A stretch of 64,000 bases of DNA, taken from NCBI GenBank assembly GCA_002189035.1, contig NEEC01000011.1, positions 1,178,001 to 1,242,000 on the forward strand. Direction: 5' to 3'. The position numbers and the translations under genes are program-made. The number at the start of each line of letters is the position of its first letter. Position 1 is the first letter of the stretch. The notes beneath the pieces are model-generated. The model ran no database searches. It was not told the origin of the DNA and worked only from the letters and a program-made list of their open reading frames with translations. This document shows, piece by piece, positions 12,146 to 23,768 of this stretch. This stretch comes from Utricularia gibba (lineage: Eukaryota; Plantae; Magnoliophyta).

Positions 12146-14701
12146 TGATAGCACCATTTTTATTGCATTTTTGTATGTATTTTTAGGGGTGTTTTGTATG
12201 GTAAAAGGTTGTTTCATGAGTCTAATTGCTTTCTTTTTGTGTATCTAATTGGTAGGAATGTGTTATTTTGAAAATAGGCTCAATTGGCAACAATTGAGCT
12301 GAGAACTCTAATGTTTCTTTCTAGTTTGTTTCTAAGTTTTAACAGAGTAGGAGTTAGTATTGACAGCACACTTTGTGCGTTGACGAGTTCAAAGAGATAG
12401 AAAAGTTGCGAAAAAGTTACTTTTCATCGAAAGTAACCATCTTCTGAAAAGATAAGATATGGAGCATAGATTTTCCTTCTATAACTCATGGTAAAGACGG
12501 AGATACCCTTCATTGAGTGGGAAAAGAATAGAGGAAGCAAGGGAGAAAATAGCAAACAATAAGGAGTGGGAGTAGAGGAGGACGGTGGTTCTCTTGCAAA
12601 TGGCTCCGACAGCTCTCAAATCCACACTCCCAGACCTTATTTTCGCTCAAAATCTCCAGATTCAGCAGATCTACAGCTTAGAGGACCCAATGGACATTTT
12701 ATTTTAGCTTTATGCACTTCCATTTTTGTTGTTGAACTTGTTACTATTATTTTCTGCATTTCCACGCTTTCCTTTACGTTCTTGGTGCTTGGTTGTGAAC
12801 AAGAAACATCATATAGACCTTATTTTAACTTATGAACTTATTTATGTTTATCCTCAGTATTTATTTTTTGAGTTTAGCATGTCTACTGTTCACGCCATCT
12901 TTTACATTATTTTTGGGTATGATAAAGTTGGGTTTAAGTCTATGGACTCTCTCTAGTAACACAAGAGCTAGATCCTAGTGTAAATCCCAACCAAATCACC
13001 TTTGCTTTACATTTTTATACATGCCCGTTATTTTATGAGCTCATTCACCCCTACACTCTTTTTATTTTAATTGCTATTATTTTATGTCTCACATGTATAA
13101 GAGCTAAACCCCTCAAAAACCCCCTATTTTATAAAGGACTTCAAGAAATTACAATTATTGCCTGTGGATTCAACTCTTACTTGTCACACTAATAAACGGA
13201 AATTCCTAATGTCGTTGCAAAAATAGAAAATTCTTTATCAAATAAATTTATAGTCCCTAATCCTCACAAAATACATATTAAATTGAAAATGCACAGTGGA
13301 ATTCGGGGTCGATCACAAGGAACTTGTGCTTGTCTTGTATTTCAGCAAATGCAGAATTCAAAGTAGGTAAGTCTTAGTCCAAGCTCGGACCAACAGTGGT
13401 AAACAAGTTCGGTAAACAAGATCGGTAAACAATATCAGGTCTTAACGCTAAAGTAATAGGTACCGGTTTTGTCTCAGAATAATACTAACGTGCCTTAAGG
13501 ATCTACAGGTGGTGTGGTGCCAAAATTCCTAATTTAATCTACCATGTTCCTATACTCACAACTTCAAATAACCTAAGTCTACCTAGGTCATTCACCATAT
13601 TTTCGACTAAGCTAGTCCCCCATATCATCACCAACATTGTAATTAGGTCTACCCGCATGCAAAGCATATAGAACTAGGTCTACCCGGTTCTACCCCGGAC
13701 TAACACCTACTACTTCCGTCTTGATTTGTTGGTCTACCTCTAAATCAAGCATATAAGTTGTAAAGCTACTTGTTCCCCTCCTTAGGTTTACCCATGGTTT
13801 GATAGAAACAGGAGCTAAGAAACTAAGGTCAATTTTACTAAGACTCCTAGATCCACACCACCATGCTTCAACTTAAGGCACTCCTAGGGTTTAGCTACTC
13901 ATGTTTTGAAGGTAAAATGTAATGTCATTAATATAAAATAACGAAAATATTGAGAACATCGTGCAGAAGTTTAGTGCAGAAACTAAAGACATCAATAAAT
14001 TAAAAGAAAGCAGTAAGAAGTCTGGTTTCCGTCTGCTACTGTTCTGGGCTAGAACAGTAGCGCTGAACTGGGTCTTGATCTTCTTCCTTCACGCTGGAGG
14101 TTCTTCTCCAAAAAAATCCCTTTTCTTCTTCCTTCTCCTTTCGTGTTCTTCGTGTTTGAGTTGGGGTTGGGGGAGAAACCCCCTCGTGTGTCCTCTCTTA
14201 AAATTCTGGGGTGAACTCCCTTTTTTTGCGATTCTCTCTCAGCTTTCTCTTGCCTCCCACTTCCCAAGGCAAGTACATTCTCTGACAGATCTGCTGCTCC
14301 AGGCCCTAACTTGCAGACTGTCGCCGTGACAGTGTACTCATTGCCCCCTGCACCCTGGTGACTTGCACGAAATCCAGATTTCCTTGATTCTTGGGCTACT
14401 GCTAGACTCCAAAATCGGGTTAGACATGGGGTGGGCTAAATCAAAGGATTTAGCCCATTAATCACACCAAAAATCATATTTTCCCTAATCAAATAAAAAT
14501 ACTTAAAACTATAAAATTAACACTTAAACATAATTAAAATCTATGATTTTTCTTATCCTAAAACATGAAAATTTGTGTGTTATCACACACTATATTAATT
14601 TTTGTGAATTGTGTAGTAAAATAGCTAGATTTTATAAATTTCTTTTGAAACACTGAACATGCTAGGCCGTGACATTTAGCATCGAATTACAATGTGCATC
14701 A
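12146..14701 (+). mobile_element. Solo LTR (~1155 bp net) inserted in the gypsy protease and itself carrying family X copy 2
   Basis: Termini TGATAGCAC...GTGCATCA. Exact TSD CATTT (12141-12145 and 14702-14706). Removing it restores the host reading frame. Confidence 0.85.
13190..14585 (-). mobile_element. Solo LTR, family X copy 2 (1396 bp)
   Basis: On the - strand it starts TGATAACACACAAATTTTC and ends CCGTTTATTA (CA mutated). Exact TSD CACAC (13185-13189 and 14586-14590). High similarity to 29725-30450 and 33589-34494. Confidence 0.9.
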
Positions 14702-16181
14702 CATTTCTAGCTTTTGTGCCACATACTCCTTCAAAAAACTATGATTACTCTCTAAATCTAACAACAAGAGAAGTTGGCCTCTCATATTGACTTCTACGAG
14801 CATCAGCTATTCTGTAGAAGATTGGTTCGATTGTCCGGTGAGAGAATTGAGTAAGACTCGAATTTCTACCTCTACTTTATTGTCACTTTCTGTGAACTTG
14901 ATTAAAAACAATTTCTTTAACTTATATCTATGGACTAACCTTTTGTCAAAATGAAAATAGAGGCTTTTAGCCTGCCTTTCCTCAAACTCTTTCTGAGGTA
15001 ATCACCTAACAAGACGTGAAGAGCATTTACTACCAGAAGGTTGTTTTCCATCAAATTGATCCCTTTTAACTTCCAAGTTTTCTCTTCATCTTCATGTACC
15101 CCTCTCCCCCTCTAATTTTTCAATTGTCATCATTGTTACTAGATTGCTGATCTTGCCTTCACATAACATGGTTGCAAGACTCATCGCATCTGTTGTGTTC
15201 AAGGGGTTTCGTAATTTGATTAACATCAAGATTTGTGGTTGGAGACTTCCTAGATAAATCCGCGACTCGTGTTCCGGATGAAGATTTTCTATGGTAAGAG
15301 CAATCTCCTCTAAAAGTTGATTATAGTCCTCTAAATCCTTATCTATCTTCAGATGAGTCAATCGTTCGAGTGATGAGCCTCAATGTCACAGTCCAAATCT
15401 TAGGTTGCATTCTTATTTGAAGCTCGAGTTGTCCCTTTTGAGTTTCATAAACCAGCATTGTGGAATGCCTTCTAATTGTGCTGCCATGACTCATAGCTTA
15501 TCATCTTCTAAGGTTTGGTGATACTCAAAGATGTGTTCGCAATGATTAATCCTTTCAGTGGGTTGGATATACCATTGAGCTTCAGAATCTCTAGTTTCAT
15601 CATTTTATAGCCGTCCTCATGGTTCCCGTCATTGTCTTTAAACAACATATAGGTTGTTTAAAGCATTCCATGTTCTCAAAGCATTTTTCCATGTCGCTCA
15701 GATATTGGTCTATTTTATGTTGCATCTATTTCAGGACATTCATTAACTCTTTCATCCATGGGATCTAAAGTTGCTCTGATACCAAGTTGTTATGTTGTTG
15801 GATTTTTGAGCATGTCATTAGCCCCGTAGAATAAGAAAAGGGTAGGAACACATCCAGATCATTCAAGATGGGTTGAGGAATTCCACACTCTTCTTTCTAC
15901 CTATTTTGAAAGAAGATAACAAAAGTGTGTTGATTTTCAAAAACTACACCTACTGTTCCGAATGTCTTTCATATAGGACATTCTTGAAAAAAGTTAGCAT
16001 TAGGCTCTACTTCCAGGTTGGTTATTCCTTCCTCCTTGTATAGACCTTATCTTGTAGATGGCCCTAGTTACTTATCTGGTCTCCTTCCTTAGATGCTATC
16101 GACTCTATTGGGCAACTAGCAATGCTACTGTCTCATTTGTTTCCTGATCGGTGTTCATGCTATTTCTAGTGGGAGTCTTGA

Positions 16182-19100
16182 TGTTGTTGTTATTGTTTTG
16201 CTCCTTGGCATTCATCACATCTGTCCATCTCTCCTGATCTCATGAAACTCATTATTGATTAATGATAACACACATTTCATTAGTGTTTTTAAGTTATAAA
16301 ATTGATATGTTTAATGATAAAATTATGTATTTTAATTATGATTTTTAATATTTTATTAATTGTAGTGTTAATTATATTTTTATGCATAATATTAATTAAA
16401 TCATTGATTTAGTCTATATTATGATTTCTAATATTTTTTCAAGTGTTAGCAGCAGCATTATGGATCATATTTAGCTAGTTTATGAGCACAATTCAATGGG
16501 GCACAAGACACAAGGAGGAGACATGATTAATATTCAGTCGTCTACAGTCTGCAGATTCAGGCTAGGAACAGTACAGATGTCAGGAATAGTGTACTGACCT
16601 TGGAAAAAGAAAAGAAAAGAAAGGAAGATATTTTTTGGAGAGAGGAGATGGAGGAGAACATGATCAGACCCTAGAAGGGGGAGGAAGAACATGAAAGCAA
16701 GAAGATGAAGTCGATTTCTCTAGAAGAAAGACCAAAGACTTGAAGAATAACATCAAAGATCCAATTCAGTGCTACTGTTCTGAGTAGTGAACAAGAGTAG
16801 ATCGCGAACAAAACACTCTACTTTATCTTTAGTTTGCTGGACATTTCGTTACTTTGACGGTTGCTTTACAATGTCTTTAATATTCTCTTCAATTTATCTT
16901 AATGATATCATGCTTTATCTTTCATATATGAGTAACTAAAATCTTAGGGATGCTTGAAGAAGTAGAATGATGATGTGGAGGCTAGGGTTTATAATATGCT
17001 TTGTCATTGTTTCTTAGCATTTGTTTCTATCATTCCATGGGTAGACCTAAGGAGAGGTAAGGAACAAGTAGCTTCACAACTCTGATGCTTGATTTAGAGG
17101 CAGACCAACAAATCCATACAGGGATAGTAGGTATGTCTAGGGTAGAACCAGTGGAACGGGGTAGACCTAGTTCTGTATACTTTGCATGCAGGTAGACCTA
17201 ATTGCGGGGTTGGTGATGATATTGTGGACTATATTAGTTGAAAACATGATGAATAACTCGGTTAGACTTAAGTTATTTGGAATTGTGAGTATAGTAACAT
17301 AGTAGATTAAGTTAGACATCTTAACATCATATCAACTACACACCCTTAAGACATCTTAGTATTACTCTGAGTTAGAACGAGTACTTGTTACCTTTAGCGT
17401 TGAGACCTGATCTTGTTTACTGAATTTGTTTACTACTGTTAGTTTGAGCTTAGACTAAGAACTATTGTCACATCGAATTTTGCATCACGAAAAACACATT
17501 GCAAGCACAAGCTCCTTGTAATCGACCCTGAATTCCACTTTACATTTTGTGTTTAATTTATATCTTATGAGAATTAGGGCTTATAAATTTATTTGATACA
17601 AAATTTCTATTTTTACAACGACATTAGAAAATTTTTTCGTTTATCAATTAAAGACATTAGAGTTCATTACACTCCTCACATTGAAGTCAATATTCATTTT
17701 CGTACTATTAGTTAGACATTGTCTATTTATTTATATTGTTGTGCCAATGTAATCATCTTGTTTTACAATATATTGTTTATTATATATTGTTGTATCAATA
17801 TCCAAGTTTTAAATTTTCCTTTTGTTTACAAAGTAGCAGCAAAGCACGATAGTTAGGTTTTTGTTATTCTTATTCAACAAGTTGCATTGAAGCTTCGTTC
17901 AATCATGGATACTGCTCAATCAAGTGTTATGTGGAAGTTCAATGGCAAGGACTGTACTATATTGGCTGCTCAAATGATTTCTTATCTCCAAGCAATGAAA
18001 CTATACTAGACGGTTAATTCCAACCTATCTAATCCTCTAGAAAAAAAAAACCTCTAAAGCAAGCAAAAATAAAGGGTGGAATAGAAAGGACAAAGCAAGA
18101 TTCCATCGATTCTAGTATGTAAGAAAAAAGTGTTATCAGAGAAAATCACATTTTGAGAGTTATTGTTTTTAAAGGTCAGATGCAGATTGCACAGTATGCA
18201 ATCAATTAGGTCATGTGGACAAAGTATGTAAGAAAAAAAATCGATTACCACAAGTTTAGGCTTCTGTTGTTTGAGTAGTTAAAGATGGTGGCACTGAAAG
18301 CTTATTTGCTACCACTTACTCTATCTGAGAATTTCTAGAGGCAAGCCTCAGATGGAAGGTTCTACAAAATATGAGTTTCTATTTGCAGGAAATATTCTAA
18401 GATCCAAAATCATTCCACATGCAAGTTGGCTGGTGGACTCTAGTGCTCTACTCATATGATTGGTGATGCAAAATGCTTTACAATGAAGTACTCGTAGACA
18501 CCAAGCATAAGGCTTGGAGATGGTGAAACGCTAGAGGTCATCACCAAAGGTTCAATTCTAGTGCAAACACCAAAATGAATTCTGGTGCAAGTACCACAAT
18601 GAATTGAGAGATATGAGGATGTTTATTCAGTTCCTAGACTCAACATCAACCTATTGAGCGTTAAAAATTTAATGAAAAAGGATTCAAAATCCTTTATGGA
18701 GGTGGAATATGCATAATCGTAGATCTGTTAGGAGCTGAGGTGATCAAGATATCAGTTGTAGGAGATAATTATCATCTGCTCTCACCCATGATGTTATTGA
18801 GTTAGATAATGTTGTTACGGCTTTGAATCACTCATGATGATACAAAGTTTTTGGCTATATCAGTTATAATACTCTGGAGCTTATGTCCAAAAACCAAATC
18901 TACGGAGATCTACCACAACTTCACTCATATGTCATGCTTAAATGTGCTATTTGTCTACAAGGTATGACGAAACAAGCCTCTTTTGAATGACTTGGAGGCA
19001 GCAAGTATTTTGTAAGCTTTATTGATGATATATCCAAGTACTGCTGGGTTGTCTTTATGAAATACAAGAATTAAATTCTAGACAACTATATAAGCTTCAA

Positions 19101-19407
19101 AGCCTTAGTCAAGAGAAGTTATTGTTGTAAGGTGACATATCTCCAACACCCAATGGCTAATAAGTCTCGGCCATCTCTTTTGGTCTCAAGTAAATCGTTG
19201 TTGATCAAAGACATTAGAGTTCACTCCACATGCTGAACTCGATTTGCATTTTTGTGCTGTTAGTTAGGCATTGTTACTTATTACATATTGCGGTACCGAA
19301 GTAATCATCCTTTTAATAGCAATACACATCCAAGTTTTACATTTTTCTTTCATTTATAAAATAGCAGCAAAGCTTAAAGAGTCACACTTTTGGTATTCTT
19401 AAAAACT
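16182..19407 (+). mobile_element. Internally deleted Ty1/copia element with both LTRs (~290 bp) and a ~1.25-kb interior (gag, PR and INT scraps, no RT or RNaseH)
   Basis: LTR homology between 16182-16262 plus 17647-17878 and 19123-~19407 (e.g. TTGAT(T/C)AAAGACATTAGAGTTCA; AGCAGCAAAGC). The interior has MDTAQSSVMWKFNGKD (ATG 17905), WLVDSSA, DVYSVPRLNINLLSV and KYFVSFIDDISKYCWV. Outer ends are approximate. Confidence 0.75.
16263..17646 (+). mobile_element. Solo LTR, family X copy 3 (1384 bp)
   Basis: TGATAACACAC...CGTTTATCA. Exact TSD ATTAA (16258-16262 and 17647-17651). It splits the 5' LTR of the 16182-19407 copia. Confidence 0.9.
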
Positions 19408-19979
19408 AAGGCTTGGAGACTTGGATGTTGTTGCTCTTGAGCTCTCCGTGACTGTGATTCTCTTCACTCCACTCCATGAGTGCACTGCTAGGTCACCCTA
19501 CTCCATGGATGCCACAGTCCTTCTATTTCCCTATTGGGGCACTTGCTTAATAAGCATTACCTTTAACGTGCAAGTGACTCTTCTCGAGTGTTGGCCTCTT
19601 GAGAACTTCCTTATGAGGGCACTATTGAGTTTGGGTAGTTTCTATCCAAGCCTTAGGCATGTAGGAAGTACTTCTCGGTTTCTTACTACGTGAGTAGCTC
19701 TTCCCGAGCACTTCTCATTTGAGCTTCACCCTACAGTCATATCTATCCAAACATTTCCTCAACAGGCCTATAAAGGGTATAACTTTCTGAACACTGCCTA
19801 CTTGGATGTTCCCTTGCACGAACTGATTTTTCCATGGTATTCCTACTTGGGTTTCGGCTATGCAATCCTACCTATGTATGCATTTCTTATCCAAGAGCTC
19901 CTCTGCCCAGGCACTATTTTAATGATTTCGTTCTGCCACAAATTAAGTTTATCTCTCCATGCTATAGAAATTCTTCTTG

Positions 19980-21380
19980 TTTAATGTGATTTAACATAGA
20001 CTTAACACTTTGTAATATCATGAAATTTAGTATCTTTGACTATACCTTGTTCATTTTATTTAAATAATATTTATTTACATGACCAAGTCTTGGATGCAAA
20101 AGCTTATATGAATCCACAAAGTAAATTGAAGAAGTTTCATTCACATTGGAATTAGCATTAAGTACAATGAAGCCATTGTACTTACTATTTATTTAAAAAT
20201 TGTTTTGACATTTTTCTCCAATAAGTTTATTCGAACTCCATGATTACAATTATGTCTTTATATCCTCGTACATAATTGGTTTTATTAGGAGTCTTCTTTT
20301 CCTCTTTTCCCAATGATGCCCCTCTGATCGCATTAGGCGATATAATGACCAACTCTGTCACAAACATAGCACTCACCTTTTTTTTTCTTTTTTAATTTCC
20401 CACTAAAGTTGGCTTTATGGGGTTTCCCCTTCAATGTATTGAAGTTTGGTTTCTTTTGCAATTTTTGTGTCTTTGCTTTATGCTCAACAAAATTAGTCTT
20501 CTCTTGGAGCTCTTTAATCACATTTTGGACCTTGTTGTAGTGCTTGTTCTCAATTATAATATACTTCTAACCTCTTTGAGATCAATCCTTTTGTTTTTGT
20601 ATTTGAATTGTAATTTGTAATCATTTCAAGAGATGGGAATCTTCTAAGTAACAAGTTGGTATCAAATTCATCGGGTAATATTACACTCTAGTATTTAAGA
20701 AGTAGTTGCAATAATTCATTAATTTTCTCTTGCACATCTTGATTCTCCACCGTCTCCCAATGGAAAAAGCTGTTACAACTGAATTTTTGTTTAATCACAT
20801 CGTTGTCCATATGCTTTTCCATAATTGAATCCCTAATTGCTTCTGAAATTCTATAATAACCATGCAAATCAAAGAGTCAGTTTGCTAAAGTGGAAATAAT
20901 AGTATGTCTGATATATTTTATTCATTTGATCCAATTGGGTGTAGTTTATCTGATTAGTAAAAGAGTGTTCTAGATTATTTTTTAATATTTTTTTTATTTT
21001 TGAAAAAATAATAAGTCGAAGTAAAATTTTTTTGAAGAAATACAATAGAAATGATGTGTTATGAAAAAAATTACAGTAATGAAGATCATGAGGCTGAGGT
21101 TAAAAAATAAAATAAGAAGTAGAAATAGTTGTTTTATTATTTCTACTTTGTCAAAAATAGAAATATAAATAGGAAGTGTTTTTATGTAAAATTATTTTTG
21201 GTAAAAAAAAAAAAAAATAGTATCCAAAAATTTTTCAGAACACAATTTAAGTGAAATTGATAGCATCCAAGCCACCCCATGCATGTCAAAACCTTCTCCT
21301 TCGGACACTTGTAGTTTATCGCATTGAATTCTTCAACCTTTAGAGGCATAGGATTGAAAAGAGGGTTGATATGCAAAATT
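19980..21380 (-). mobile_element. Ty1/copia gag to GAG-pre-integrase fragment
   Basis: PLKVEEFNAINYK (gag N-terminus), UBN2-like region at 20600-20820, zinc knuckle CYVCDRVGH (20333-20521) and LHPRLGHVN near 20080. AT-rich interruption at about 20960-21245. Confidence 0.75.
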
Positions 21381-22204
21381 TTAATATCAAGGCCGATTCA
21401 ACATGTGGACCAGGGAGGGACTCAGCCTCGCAAATCCTTAAACCGTAGGAGCACATCCATTAAACAAGTGGACTAAAGTACACCTAGTGGCGCTACTAAG
21501 CATAGGCTCGATCAGCTAGAAAGATTAGGTCTGACAAGGACTTAGTTGCAACTAACCACTCCCCAAGACATATCTAATGGGTCCACCAACATCCTTCATA
21601 AGAAGGATAATGCATACTCAACAAACATTAAGAAAACCAAGTGAGTTGGATAACCAAACGTCCCCCTTGAGATATTCATGTCATATCTGACATCAGATAG
21701 CTGCATTACATCTCCCATCGAATCTTTACTTAATACTTAAAGAAACAAAATAACCAACTAAATATCATCTACACATACCTAAAAAAGAAATCTCCACCAC
21801 CATATGAGGGGACCCCAAGTTCAAAAGACAATCTTATTTCCAAGAGAGCAACCTCATGCTCAACACAACATTGTCTCAAAAAGCATTGCTCTTGAGAAAG
21901 TTTCATCTTCTTTCTTCCATTCAAATTCTGGTGGATTTCATAAAAATCATAATCCTCAAGTGGTTTTCTTCTAACACTCACAGTGTCTCTTGAGCAAATT
22001 CCTATCTTTACTGATTCTAAACACACAAACCTAAAATATAAAGTTGCTCGGAATCAATCCTAAAAGGAGTTTTTGAGAAGTAGTTTTGATTTGACGGCTC
22101 AAAAGGATTAGAGAGATTCTCACTGGCCAAGATTTGATATGACTCTCATCAATAAGGTGACTGAAGTCAAGATCATCATCTCTAAAGTAATTAATAATCT
22201 CTTA

Positions 22205-23074
22205 GGGTGTGTTTGGGTATGAGATTTAAATATATTAGGAAATATTTAAATAGGGATATGTAAATGGGAGAGGGACTTATGGATGGGATGAGATATGTTT
22301 GATTAATAAATTATAGATATGATATTAAATATGTTTTGGAGGTTTATGTTTTTGAAAAAGACAATTACACACATATTGTTGTGTAAACTAAAAACTAAAA
22401 AACAAAAACGCTATATTATGGTTCCTTTTACCTCCCAGCCCCACTTTGTTGTTTCGAGTATCTCCCAACCTTTGGGTACAATTCTAGGTTGAAAGATCAC
22501 AATGTATTCAAGATATTAGAATCCTTTGTTTTGCTGAAAAGAAACTCAATTGAAGAAGCACAGGAGATTTCGAAGAAGGGGAAGGGAATTGAGACTAAAA
22601 CGTCAAAGGAAATCCAGGATAAGTGAATCTTATCTCACTAAGGTGAGATGTTTAAATCCTAAAAATTAAGAATATAAAATTCTAATACTAATCCTACATA
22701 AATTTCATTCTACTTACCAAACTCAGAATTTTAATATACTCATGAATATATTACACTTAATACCATTACTGAAACACACACTTAGGCCATGTTTGATATA
22801 TATATAAAGGATTAAATTCACAAGTTTAGGAACCAAGACAATAGGAGAATTTTGACTCCGTTGTGCAACGTTCGTCTGAATGAAATACTCATCATAAATT
22901 CCCAACGTTCAATTAGGAAACAAACAATTGGCTTTGGTAAACATGCAAGTTTTTCTAAACCTACGTAAAATCCCTACCCAGTGATTTATCCCTAAACCTT
23001 CATTTATAAATACTTCTACCAAAGGTACATTTCTCGTGAATCCAAATAATCACAACTAAACTACCAAACACCCC
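22205..23074. mobile_element. Tourist/PIF-Harbinger-like MITE(s), possibly two abutting
   Basis: TTA|GGGTGTGTTTGG at 22205; ...GAAACACACAC|TTA|GGCCATGTTTGA at 22771-22796; CCAAACACCCC ending 23074. GGG..GTTTGG termini with TTA target sites are typical of Tourist MITEs. Confidence 0.5.
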
Positions 23075-23768
23075 ATGACAAATAAACAATTGTTTCACAA
23101 TTTATCTAATCCAAATAGTTTAAATCTTATTAATTTTTTACTAGGATGCCAAACCTAGTAAGAAAATTAATCTACAACGGCATGTAAATTATGTTCTTAT
23201 ATCTTGTATACACTTGGAAAAATAGAATTTAAACTAATTTAACTTCAACAATTAAAATATGCTAAGAAAGTGGATACTAACCAATTGTTCTTAAAATCTA
23301 GTAAAAGACATTAAAATGGAAAAAAAATTCGAAAAACACAAAACTAGTTGAACGCTCACATGGGGAGAAACTCTAGAAGCTAGAAAATAAGAGAATAAAT
23401 TTGGAGAGCATATCAAGAATAATTGCAAAAAATGTTTTTTAAATAGAAATAAGAATTTATTTTAATATTTAAGAATGAGAAATTTATTTTATTTTTGAAA
23501 ATGAATATATGCAAAAGATATCCTAATTATGTCATGTCTTATTAATAGTAAGAGGATTCCCTTTACATGCACATGCAAATCTCATTTTTTCCTTCACATT
23601 AGTTGCGGGGAGGCCTGGAATCATCAATCCGTTGACCCAACAAGACTTCACAAGTTCAGACAGGGATGCAGAACTTCTAACAAGGCATTTCAAACAATAA
23701 CTCCCAACAATCATGAACAATAACGCGGGGCTCATTTTAGAGGAAGAAACACACACACAGACACACAT

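Larger units (their letters stand above)
11540..15860 (-). mobile_element. Truncated Ty3/gypsy retrotransposon (LTR edge, PBS, gag, PR, start of RT), interrupted by nested solo LTRs
   Basis: PBS TGGTATCAGAGC at 15773-15784; gag-like ORF at 15092-15361. The protease reads MRGQLLLLLDLESNHSFLKEYVAQKLE|MLTSHIKRMRAMIGHGESLSCP in one frame once 12146-14706 is removed. It continues WDFKQQEMTF, then RT start (IENQV..PFYAPAILIPKKDGG*RLCMDY) to about 11540. Confidence 0.85.

Noticed and set aside
13961-14329. 122-aa ORF (also 29884-30318 and 33913-34377)
   Set aside because: All lie inside family X LTR copies and show no protein-family features.
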